IMG/VR virus record: IMGVR_UViG_3300042868_009489
From: a virus
Strand: one strand, 5' to 3'
DNA: 64,000 bases
The stretch's first letter is position 1. Every line of letters starts with the position of its first letter. The position numbers and the translations under genes were made by a program. Positions 54,812 to 63,500 of this stretch are shown here, one piece after another. The notes beneath the pieces are model-generated. The model was not told where the DNA came from, searched no databases, and was given only the letters and a program-made list of their open reading frames with translations.

Positions 54812-56240
54812 CTAAGCGATAGTTGCTGCTTTTGAAGGTTTCTTTAATGTGAAAATAAAATTATCACCTTCATCCTTATAAGATATTTCAAATATGGTTC
54901 CACGTGGCGGAGCTGACTTAATTAAAATGTCAGCTAATTGATCTTCCATTTTTTCTCTACGAATTTGAGCTAAACCTCTAGCACCCTTTACACTGTCTAC
55001 ACCCTTATCTAAAAGTGCTGATATAACTTCATCTGTGTAATTTATACTGTAGCCTTTTTTAGAAAGTTTATCCATGATTATAGACATTTCTAGTTCTGCT
55101 ATTTTTTCTAAGCTACTTCTATCTAAATGATTAAAAACAATTATTTTATCTAATCTATTTATAAATTCAGGCCTAAAGTGTTTGCGAACTGCATCTAAAG
55201 TATTTTTTTCAACCATCTCTTTTGCCGGCATTTGAGTAGTTGAGGTTTTATAATTTATATTTTTAGCAAAGCCAGTTCCACCACTAAGTAAGTAATCAAC
55301 AGTTTTTTCATTACCTAAGTTAGTGGTCATTATTATAACAGTATTAAGAAAGCTTACTTCTTCACCCTTACCATCTGTAAGTACGCCATCTTCAAATACT
55401 CGAAGAAACGTGTTCCACATATCAGCATGTGCTTTTTCAACTTCATCCAATAGTACAACTGTGTAAGGATTCTTTTTGACAAGGTTTACTAGTTGACCAC
55501 CTTCATCGTGACCAACATATCCAGGAGGAGATCCTATTAATTTTTGATTTTCATGCTTATGCTGAAACTCTCCACAATCTATTCTCACCATTGGGTATTC
55601 TTCACTAAAAAGATATTTATGCAATGTGCTTGCTAGGTGAGTTTTACCAACTCCAGAAGAACCGGCAAAGAGAAAAATACCTAAGGGTCTGTTCTTATCA
55701 TTCAAGCCGACTTGAGATCTTTTTAAAGCTGATACTACTGAGTCTACAGCTTCTTCTTGGCCTATGATGTTATTTAATAAATGACCTTCTAAACCAAGAA
55801 ACTTTTGTCTAGAAATCTTTTTATGTTTACTAGAATTATTCTTCTTTGAATCTTTACTTAAGATAGTATCTTTATATCTTTTAGCTAACTCAGATTCTAT
55901 AGCAGAGAAGTCTTTATCAAAAGAGTTGGATGGCGGCAATTTAGCATAAGCTAGATCTATCCAAAGATCTATATCTAATCCGGGGGTTAAGCATTACACA
56001 GCCGTTATACATTGCATCAATGCAGCGTTCTGCTGATTCACGAGACATCTGACGCAGTGCATCAGTTACATCTGATTTAACATTATATATTACGTGTTCT
56101 AATACGGCAAGTTTGAAATCCTTAGGAGAATTAATATCTAGTTCTTCAACCAATGATTCAATGTCTTCTGGATTCAAAACCTTATATTTTATATAAGTTG
56201 CTAACTCAGGAACATATATTTGATAAACTTTCATCATCAC
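54812..56240 (-). CDS. ClpB/ClpC-like AAA+ ATPase (NBD2 only); +1 shift at CGG (C at 55982)
   Basis: FLFAGSSGVGKT, LIGSPPGYVG, LLDEVEKAH, FRPEFINRLD and GAR motifs; the 99 aa upstream ORF joins via VMLNP-(c)-GLDIDLW. Confidence 0.85.
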
Positions 56241-56425
56241 CCCCTTAATTTAATGTATGGTGATGGACTATATAGTAACCCACTTATGCTTTGTCTAGCA
56301 AGTTTCTGGAGGAACTGGTAAGAGATTCTCTTCACTAAGAGAAGTAGATAATAATGTTCTCTAATTTCTGTTTTCCCCTTAGAGACATTATACTCATGTT
56401 TGTCAAAAAAAATCAAGAAATTTTT

Positions 56426-56581
56426 CTACTTTTTTGAGATTTTTTCTATTGACGGACAATTCTCTGAACAAGGTCCAGCGTAAGACCATATTTTTACCAA
56501 GTCTGCTGCAGTGGTAATCTTCTCCTTTAAGAGATATGCTGCCCTTCTGTAATCATTATCTATATCAATATTTCTTGCCAC
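56426..56581 (-). CDS. Possible small hypothetical protein
   Basis: 51 aa ORF with GTG start (MARNIDIDNDYRRAAYLLK..). Confidence 0.3.
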   Translation of the reverse strand: MARNIDIDNDYRRAAYLLKEKITTAADLVKIWSYAGPCSENCPSIEKISKK

Positions 56582-56596
56582 AATGTCTCACTTTCA

Positions 56597-56845
56597 ATGC
56601 TTAACGTCTGTATAATGTACTGTCCAATTATATCAGCAACTAGAGACGGAAACACATATATGAACATTGTCGATCAAAGTTATTTACTTAAGTTGTATGC
56701 AACACTTGAAAGAGTAAAACAAGCACAGCTTGGTTTGGATAATGAATCAAGAATTGAATACAGAAAATTACAAAAAGCATTGGTTGAAAAAATTAAAGAG
56801 GTTGAGTCAGTTTTGAGAAAACCACTAAAAGAAACTATGGTATAA
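56597..56845 (+). CDS. Hypothetical protein (start probably MNIVDQ at 56660)
   Basis: Helical ORF directly upstream of recA. Confidence 0.55.
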   Translation: MLNVCIMYCPIISATRDGNTYMNIVDQSYLLKLYATLERVKQAQLGLDNESRIEYRKLQKALVEKIKEVESVLRKPLKETMV

Positions 56846-56852
56846 TACACAT

Positions 56853-57845
56853 ATGGAAGAATCAAAAGCATTAGATATGGCAATCGCTTTGCTCGATAAG
56901 CAATTCGGTGTCGGTACAGTAATGAAACTTGGTAATGCTAAAACCCAAACTTGGCCAGCAATATCAACAGGTGCACCAACTCTAGATAAAATTTTAGGAA
57001 TTGGTGGTTTACCAAGAGGTAGAATTGTTGAGATATATGGACCAGAATCATCTGGAAAATCTACAATCTCACTATCGCTAGTTGCACAAGCCCAAAAGAT
57101 GGGTTTACGTTGTGCATATATTGATGCTGAACATGCACTGGACCCAGCTTATATGATGGATCTAGGTATTAATTTAGATGATTTACTTCTTGCTCAACCA
57201 AATTATGGTGAGGAAGCATTAGAAATTGTTGACAAACTAGTAAAAACTGGAGACGTTGGTCTAATAATCGTTGACTCAGTTGCTGCATTGGTTCCAAAAG
57301 CAGAATTAGAAGGTGAAATGGACGCTAATCAAATGGGCTTACAAGCTCGAATGATGGCAAAAGCATTGCGTAAGATCACTGCACTAGCTAATGATAATAA
57401 AACACTCATTGTTTTTATTAATCAGATTAGAATGAAGATTGGTGTGATGTTTGGAAATCCAGAAACAACACCAGGCGGACGTGCACTGCCGTATGCTGCT
57501 TCAGTAAGAATTGATCTTCGTAAGAAAGAAGATATTAAGAACAAAGAAGGTGACTCAATAGGCATTAAAGTTAAGGCTAAAGTTATCAAGAATAAGATGG
57601 CTCCACCTTTAAAGATTGCTGAATTTGATATTTTTTACGGAAGAGGCATTGATCAATACGGATCTATCTTAGATTTAGCATTATCGATTGGCATTTTTAC
57701 TCAAAAAGGTGCATGGATCTTCTTAGATGGAGAAAATTTTGCTCAAGGTAGAGAAAATGCAATTGGTAAACTAAAAGATGATCAGAAATTATTCGAACAA
57801 CTTAAATTGAGGGTAGAAAATGAGAGCAAACCTACCCAAAGTTGA
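56853..57845 (+). CDS. recA: RecA recombinase
   Basis: GGLPRGRIVEIYGPESSGKS, IDAEHALDP, VDSVAALVPKAELEGEM, FINQIR..GVMFGNPETTPGG. Confidence 0.97.
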   Translation: MEESKALDMAIALLDKQFGVGTVMKLGNAKTQTWPAISTGAPTLDKILGIGGLPRGRIVEIYGPESSGKSTISLSLVAQAQKMGLRCAYIDAEHALDPAYMMDLGINLDDLLLAQPNYGEEALEIVDKLVKTGDVGLIIVDSVAALVPKAELEGEMDANQMGLQARMMAKALRKITALANDNKTLIVFINQIRMKIGVMFGNPETTPGGRALPYAASVRIDLRKKEDIKNKEGDSIGIKVKAKVIKNKMAPPLKIAEFDIFYGRGIDQYGSILDLALSIGIFTQKGAWIFLDGENFAQGRENAIGKLKDDQKLFEQLKLRVENESKPTQS

Positions 57846-57987
57846 ACCATGTATCGAATGCCCATACCCAACAAACTTTACAGTTAACACATTAGCTGTA
57901 AATGGAGTCAGAGAAAAGTATGCTGTTCATTGCAGAGAGTGTAACGACAGCTGGATTGAGGAAGTGAACACACAAGATGGATATTAA
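57820..57987 (+). CDS. Small zinc-ribbon protein
   Basis: 55 aa; CIEC..CREC..W; overlaps the recA end. Confidence 0.55.
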   Translation: MRANLPKVEPCIECPYPTNFTVNTLAVNGVREKYAVHCRECNDSWIEEVNTQDGY

Positions 57988-58189
57988 TTTTAAAAATGTA
58001 GAGAATCACTATAATGGTGATGACTGGCGTTTATTTAATTATAACGATTTCAATACAGTCAATACCTTAGATGTTAAACATGAGAATATTCTTAATAATA
58101 ATCAGTTAGATCAAACTGATATTTATATTCAAGATTCAAAAGATCATGATGATTTCATTAATATACTAAGTCATTTAAAAATTGTATAG
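57977..58189 (+). CDS. Hypothetical protein
   Basis: 70 aa, overlapping the previous stop. Confidence 0.45.
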   Translation: MDINFKNVENHYNGDDWRLFNYNDFNTVNTLDVKHENILNNNQLDQTDIYIQDSKDHDDFINILSHLKIV

Positions 58190-58313
58190 AACGCAGTCAA
58201 TACTAACCTCCGGCCGTTCCGCGCAAAATTATTTTTTATTTTTTAACAAATTAGATAGCTTTACATAGTAAAATAAGGGTACTATCTATGATAGGTAAGA
58301 GTAAGGGGATACC

Positions 58314-58634
58314 ATGAACTTTTGGGAAATGATTCAAAAGATAATACGTGGTGATGACGTTGAGCCAGAAACAATGGATCAGCTCATGGAATATGATCCA
58401 GATATGATAGAGATGTACAACTATGTTATTACAGCTCACGCAGAAGATGATGAGAGTAAGCTAACCATCAGCTTCTTTAAGCCGGAACAATGGGAAATGG
58501 TATTGGAGACTGCTGAGATGATGGAAACTGACGCAGAAACCATTGTAAGAGGACTTAGCCCTGATGATGTTAAACAAATGGTTATCTCAGCCGAAGACTG
58601 GAACCCAGAAGACGGCTTAGATAACCTCTTGTAG
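58314..58634 (+). CDS. Acidic hypothetical protein
   Basis: 106 aa; AAGGGG RBS. Confidence 0.65.
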   Translation: MNFWEMIQKIIRGDDVEPETMDQLMEYDPDMIEMYNYVITAHAEDDESKLTISFFKPEQWEMVLETAEMMETDAETIVRGLSPDDVKQMVISAEDWNPEDGLDNLL

Positions 58635-58636
58635 GA

Positions 58637-59320
58637 TTAGCTTACTAAAGTAAACTCATCTTCAATCATTTTGAATTCACTTGGTGATTTTTCATTCATG
58701 TACAACAGTTCATATGTATCATAGGTAAGTACGCCACTTGCTTCAAGTGCAAAACGCTTACTGAAAGCTGGAGACACCCTTGTTGGGATGAATTGATTCA
58801 CGTGGGCTAACTTGCTATCAGTGAATTTCTTATTATTATAGAAATTATATATCTTTGTATGGTCTTTAATACCTTTTAAGATAACTTCATTTTCTGTGAA
58901 GGCGCTAAAATCAAAGTTAATCAAAATCGCCGCATCAAAAACGATCCCATGGTTAGTATAGAGATCAAATAGGTATAGACAATCTTGTCCAGTTCCAATG
59001 AATACTCTTGATTGGTAATTGATCTCCCAATGTATGGCTAAGTTCCTGTAGTACTGCTTAACTTTAGCCTTGATCTCTGCTTCAGACAGATTGTTTCTGT
59101 CATGTGTGTCGATAAGGGTAATTGAGTGATCATACTTGAACTGATTACTGAAATTATTGATTGGATTTATAAATAACTTCTCTGATCCTAATAAGAAGTA
59201 CTGGTTTATTGTTGTTGTTGACTTAAATTCTGTCATTTCATTAATATTCATATCAAATCCTTTTATATGTTTGGCATTGTTAGGGTGTAAAGAGGTGTTC
59301 TTAGTAAGCTTCATAGGCAT
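58637..59320 (-). CDS. Hypothetical protein (start probably MNINEM)
   Basis: ORF; AAAGGA precedes the internal ATG. Confidence 0.55.
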   Translation of the reverse strand: MPMKLTKNTSLHPNNAKHIKGFDMNINEMTEFKSTTTINQYFLLGSEKLFINPINNFSNQFKYDHSITLIDTHDRNNLSEAEIKAKVKQYYRNLAIHWEINYQSRVFIGTGQDCLYLFDLYTNHGIVFDAAILINFDFSAFTENEVILKGIKDHTKIYNFYNNKKFTDSKLAHVNQFIPTRVSPAFSKRFALEASGVLTYDTYELLYMNEKSPSEFKMIEDEFTLVS

Positions 59321-59498
59321 AGTTGTCCGTGTCGAAGTTCATGTGGCTGTAATCAGTGTTGTTTGACCCATAGGAGCTGAAGGCTGATTGATAGATATCA
59401 TCTATAGCAGACATATCGTAGAGACCTTCAGAGCTTGTGTCTTTGGCGGGACCTATTTTCTTGTTTGTCATATATTTCTCCTTGTTAGGTGTCAGCAT
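59301..59498 (-). CDS. Hypothetical protein (start probably MTNKK)
   Basis: AAGGAG RBS precedes the internal ATG. Confidence 0.5.
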   Translation of the reverse strand: MLTPNKEKYMTNKKIGPAKDTSSEGLYDMSAIDDIYQSAFSSYGSNNTDYSHMNFDTDNYAYEAY

Positions 59499-59817
59499 TC
59501 TCTGACAAGAGGAAACCTATCAGGGTACTTGAGTCATTTGCAACCTGTAGGGGAATATTTCTTGGATTTCTTTTGGTAACCTCTATAAACGTATAAAGAT
59601 CTATATGTGTTTTTATTGGGGGGAAAATTTTTTGACTTGAACGATATGTGAACATATATAAGGATATATAAATTCTTAAATAGGTAGAATATGGGAAAAA
59701 GTATAAAGGGGTAATGATTATTATACTGTACAGTGTTATATTTTTAACACGCCCCGTACAGTATACCCCTATAAATATATCCGTGGCACATTCCCAACAC
59801 AACCTAGGAGGTTGCAC

Positions 59818-60012
59818 ATGGCCACACAAAAGAAAATCAGCAAGTACGCGCCAAAGCCAGAGTTCCTTGATGCATGCCGTTCACGCGGTATGCAAGCAGG
59901 CACACTCACAGGCAAAGCCGAATTTGCAGTAGCAAAGGCCACCTACGTCACAGTAGTAGGTTCAGCCGCAGCTGCGAAAGGCCTCATCGCAGGCCACAAG
60001 GCAAACCGCTAG
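59818..60012 (+). CDS. Small basic hypothetical protein
   Basis: AGGAGG RBS; MATQKKISKY..; followed by hairpin 60036-60060. Confidence 0.65.
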   Translation: MATQKKISKYAPKPEFLDACRSRGMQAGTLTGKAEFAVAKATYVTVVGSAAAAKGLIAGHKANR

Positions 60013-60172
60013 TCATAGCAGGCTTGTCACATAGCTCAGGGTCCTCTCGGGGACCTTGAGCGAACTAACTTTATACTTATTTAATTTATATTTATTATTA
60101 TATTTATATCTATTATAAATACATCTATGTAGACAATTCCGTCTACCCTTAGTCTCGTGAAAGGAGACTATC

Positions 60173-60373
60173 ATGTTAGGCTTCCGCAAGAAAGCAATCA
60201 ATCAGAAGTCCGTTTATGAGTTGCAAACTCGTTTGGACACACTGATTCGTAAGCGTAGCGAGCTCGATGTAGCTATTAGCGAAGTCCTTGGTAACCTCAA
60301 GGACAACGAGTTGCTCGCAATGATCAATGTTCGTGATCATGGTACAGGCATCACGCCTTACCAGTATCAATAA
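60173..60373 (+). CDS. Small coiled-coil hypothetical protein
   Basis: AAGGAG RBS; hairpin downstream. Confidence 0.7.
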   Translation: MLGFRKKAINQKSVYELQTRLDTLIRKRSELDVAISEVLGNLKDNELLAMINVRDHGTGITPYQYQ

Positions 60374-60473
60374 CGTTGTGGTATTGGTGGTCATCCTTTG
60401 GGGTGACTACCTTTACCACGTTTATACTTTATAAATATACCTGTGCCACATTCCCTTCGCGAAAGGAGACATT

Positions 60474-60590
60474 ATGTCCTATTGGCAGGCATACAAAAAG
60501 GTACTTTCAATGAATTTGAAAGTTACCGGTGTTGTTGCGTTGTTAGTAGCTGCTGCTTTGGCAGTTGACTACGCACGCAAAACACGCTAG
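60474..60590 (+). CDS. 38-aa putative membrane peptide
   Basis: AAGGAG RBS; MSYWQAYKKVLSMNLKVTGVVALLVAAALAVDYARKTR. Confidence 0.6.
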   Translation: MSYWQAYKKVLSMNLKVTGVVALLVAAALAVDYARKTR

Positions 60591-60683
60591 CTTAGTGCCC
60601 CCCTCCCCCTGGGGGGGTACTGCTAGTTACCTTATATTTTATAAATATTACCTTGAACCCTAGTCTCACGAAAGGAGACCATT

Positions 60684-60800
60684 ATGACTGAGTCATTTGA
60701 CCCGGTTAAAGTAGCAATTGATTACAATCAAGACCCTTCTCATGAAGAGACTTGTCATTGTGAACATTGTGTTTGGTACGCCGAATCTCTCGGTGGCTGA
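60684..60800 (+). CDS. 38-aa peptide with H-x3-CHCEHC motif
   Basis: AAGGAG RBS; UUCG hairpin immediately after the stop. Confidence 0.6.
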   Translation: MTESFDPVKVAIDYNQDPSHEETCHCEHCVWYAESLGG

Positions 60801-61045
60801 ATTTGCTCCCTTCGGGGAGTAAGTTTAGTTATTTTATATTTTATAAATATTTCTATGGAGCGTTTACTGGAAACGTCCGGGAACGAAACAATGGCACCTG
60901 CTGTACACAGGCAAAAGCGTTGTCCTCTACCTTAGTACTCACTGAAAGGCACCATACGTGGTGTTGTGAGTACTAGGGTTTACTTCTTTTATATTATATA
61001 AATATATCGGTGCTCCATTTCCTACACGACTCAAGGAGGGTTGAT

Positions 61046-61204
61046 ATGAAGCATGAATCCCTGTACAACAAGTCCTACAACGCTGGGACTACTACGCGCT
61101 TGGCTATCAAGCGTGTTGTATCGAAAGTTGCAGACACTGGTCTTGCTGGAATCACAGTTGTTTGCGCATTCGGCGCAGCTGTGGCTCCCAAGCCTAAGCG
61201 TTAA
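61046..61204 (+). CDS. Small basic hypothetical protein
   Basis: AAGGAGG RBS; MKHESLYNKSY.. Confidence 0.6.
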   Translation: MKHESLYNKSYNAGTTTRLAIKRVVSKVADTGLAGITVVCAFGAAVAPKPKR

Positions 61205-61274
61205 CTGAGACTCCCCTCTCACCACATCTACCACCTTCGGGTGGTAGCTCTGTGGATTTTATACTTTATAAATA

Positions 61275-61530
61275 TATCCTTGCAGTAGATTGACGTGACC
61301 AGCTCGTGAACAAGCTCGTGCTTTGGTGAACGACGACCCCTCTATGGCTACATTAGTGGAACAACACTAGTGCTAAGTATCCCTGAAAGGTCAGGGAATT
61401 GAAGCGTAAAACCTTCAAGGACACAACCAACCGTTGGTACTTTGGGAGTGCAAACTCCAGTATGGTCCGGCCTGACAGTTGCAACATACCTATTGCGTCC
61501 TTGTCACCCTTCGGGGTGATGAGGACTTTA
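61275..61530 (+). ncRNA. Candidate structured non-coding RNA
   Basis: Box-to-terminator unit without an RBS-led ORF; five consecutive hairpins. Confidence 0.4.
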
Positions 61531-61595
61531 CTTTTATATATGTATAAATATATCCTTGACATCATTCACACTACAACTTCAGGAAGGAGGTGAAC

Positions 61596-61772
61596 ATGTC
61601 TGAATACAAGATTACAGATGCTCAGGTTCTGCGCAGTGCAGCCGGCTGGTACATCGGCTCCCTTTACTGGGATGGCGGTATGGACGCTTGGCTTCCTTGG
61701 ACTCGTTATTCAGCTGGCTACTATGCCACTGAAGCCGAGGCCGAGGCTGCTCTTCCAGCTTACGCTGACTGA
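61596..61772 (+). CDS. Small phage hypothetical protein (LRSAAGWYIG type)
   Basis: AGGAGG RBS; VLRSAAGWYIG..P..R.S..YY.T..EA pattern. Confidence 0.7.
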   Translation: MSEYKITDAQVLRSAAGWYIGSLYWDGGMDAWLPWTRYSAGYYATEAEAEAALPAYAD

Positions 61773-61834
61773 GCTATTACTTTACTGCTCACCTTCGGGT
61801 GAGTAGTTTAGTTAACTTTATATATCTATAAATA

Positions 61835-61938
61835 TTTCTGCGGATAGCAACTGCCACACGACCTCAGAGTGTGGATCACAGCCACTGAGCCGACACTGGA
61901 CACCCCGAACGACGGTTCGGGTTGTCACAGTTTTTTTT
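61835..61938 (+). ncRNA. Candidate small RNA with possible pseudoknot
   Basis: ccacac/gtgtgg stem whose loop CTCAG can pair with downstream CTGAG; terminal hairpin plus T8. Confidence 0.35.
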
Positions 61939-62152
61939 ATATACTTATAAATATGCCTATGGCAATGGTCGACTGCTCCAGATGACTGAGAGTACACCGT
62001 TTTGCATCATTACCCTAATCCTTGTTGTTCTCCTTGTGGAACGACATTAAGTCACTTGTGACTTTGAATGTGGATTATGGGTAGTGGTGCTTAATTGTTT
62101 ATATATTTATAAATATATCTCTGTCCTATTCCTCTACACGATTGGAGATCGT

Positions 62153-62341
62153 ATGAGACTCAATGACACTACTTGTTGGTGTTGCGTTTGCAATGTGCAG
62201 CTTGCTCCTATGGAAGGTCGAATCCTTTGGGATGATGACCACTTCCGTAACTATTGCAAGCCTCATGCAACAGAGTTGCTTGAAGCACGCAAGCAACGCA
62301 AGTCCAAGAAGAAGAACGCAGGCATTACGCCAATGTTCTAG
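62153..62341 (+). CDS. Small Cys/His zinc-finger-like basic protein
   Basis: GGAG RBS; CCVC..YCKPH; Lys-rich tail. Confidence 0.6.
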   Translation: MRLNDTTCWCCVCNVQLAPMEGRILWDDDHFRNYCKPHATELLEARKQRKSKKKNAGITPMF

Positions 62342-62444
62342 TTTAGTGAGCCACCTTAGGGTGGTTCGCTTTACTGTGTTATATATCTATAAATACTCCG
62401 TTGAACCTTTAGTGACAGGTCCAAGTCACAGAGAGTAGGTAATT

Positions 62445-62786
62445 ATGTCCAAGTTCCATGTAAATTGGATTTCCAGCAAGCAAAGTAAGTACGGTACCCA
62501 CCAGATGCTGCTGCAGCCACTCGAGTCTCACACAGTTGAGCGCGATGTAACTGCTAAGCCTGTCTGGTGTGTCTGGCTTCCTGCTGCGAAACTTCCAGAA
62601 TACACTGAGTTCCTCAAACAGGCTCAGGATTCTTCCATGAAGTTTGTTATGGAAGCAGACGTCCTTGAAATCAAGTCGGCTGCTGTGTTTACCCAGAAGG
62701 ACGGGTCCATTACACAGGATCTCGTAATCAAGTTTGCAGGCAAGGTCTCCAAGTCAGTGGAGGTAGACTCTTCCGTAACTTGGTAG
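62445..62786 (+). CDS. Hypothetical protein
   Basis: 113 aa; RBS; hairpin downstream. Confidence 0.7.
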   Translation: MSKFHVNWISSKQSKYGTHQMLLQPLESHTVERDVTAKPVWCVWLPAAKLPEYTEFLKQAQDSSMKFVMEADVLEIKSAAVFTQKDGSITQDLVIKFAGKVSKSVEVDSSVTW

Positions 62787-62944
62787 CACGGGTCCAGTAG
62801 TACAGTTAAGTTTCCAGCACATCTTGCGGGTGTGTTGGGACTTAACATTTTTTATATATATATATTATATTTATATATTCTAAATATCACGGTGGCGATA
62901 TTCTTCGTCAATCCAAATCAAGCCTAACAGTTCAGGAGACTATC

Positions 62945-63382
62945 ATGGCAAAATTCCAAATTTCAGGTATTACAGACAGCGTTGCTAAAGATGAAAAGAC
63001 AGGCGAAATAACTCGTCGTAAGTTTCTTTGTCAACGGCCAGTAGACGCAGACGGGCTCATCGTGCCTGTCTTCGCACCACAGGTTGTCGCAAGTCGTGGC
63101 CAAGCATTCGCTGTTTGGTTCGAGACCAAGTCGGTCGACGAAGCAACCAAGGCAGTCTTCAATCCAGCACAACACATTGTTGATCTGTTGAAGGCTAACA
63201 AGGCAACAGGCAAGCAATTGTTCATTGAGTGCAAACTCACGAACATTGAGCAGTCTGATCCAGTTCCAGGTGATGTGGCAAAGGGTAATGAAAACACCAT
63301 TTACCAAACCATCACATTCCAAATCGATAGGTCACAGCCACGCCGATTGCTCGAAGTTGAGCCAGCGGGTTGGGTGCTCTAG
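62945..63382 (+). CDS. Hypothetical protein
   Basis: 145 aa; AGGAG RBS; hairpin 63402-63437. Confidence 0.7.
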   Translation: MAKFQISGITDSVAKDEKTGEITRRKFLCQRPVDADGLIVPVFAPQVVASRGQAFAVWFETKSVDEATKAVFNPAQHIVDLLKANKATGKQLFIECKLTNIEQSDPVPGDVAKGNENTIYQTITFQIDRSQPRRLLEVEPAGWVL

Positions 63383-63500
63383 ATTGGAAGTTCTTTAGGG
63401 TTAGTAAGGGCAGGGGTATCCACCTCTGTTCTTACTACTCTACAAGTATACATCATCAAGTCCCATCCATATACATCTATCTCATACAAAGGAGAGATAT

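Larger units (their letters stand above)
59760..62890 (+). promoter_or_regulatory. Array of AT-rich TATAAATA boxes, each preceded by a hairpin
   Basis: TATAAATA at 59770, 60114, 60430, 60640, 60842, 60997, 61267, 61543, 61827, 61946, 62108 and 62388; variant at 62879. Confidence 0.8.

Noticed and set aside
5097-56240. Ordinary homopolymer indels as the explanation for the frameshifts
   Set aside because: Only a minority of sites lie in C runs, and long A/T runs in these genes are not shifted. A motif-specific artefact remains possible and is kept as the alternative in the main finding.
96-58634. Stop-codon reassignment (genetic code 15 or 4)
   Set aside because: TAA, TAG and TGA all end genes at sensible boundaries; the breaks are frame changes, not in-frame stops.
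58637-59498. Possible frameshift joining the 65-aa and 227-aa ORFs
   Set aside because: There is no in-frame CGG at the overlap, and the downstream ORF has its own RBS and ATG.
59760-62890. CRISPR array interpretation of the repeated AT boxes
   Set aside because: The repeats are short and degenerate, spacing is irregular (about 120-490 bp), the intervals contain RBS-led ORFs, and no cas genes are present.
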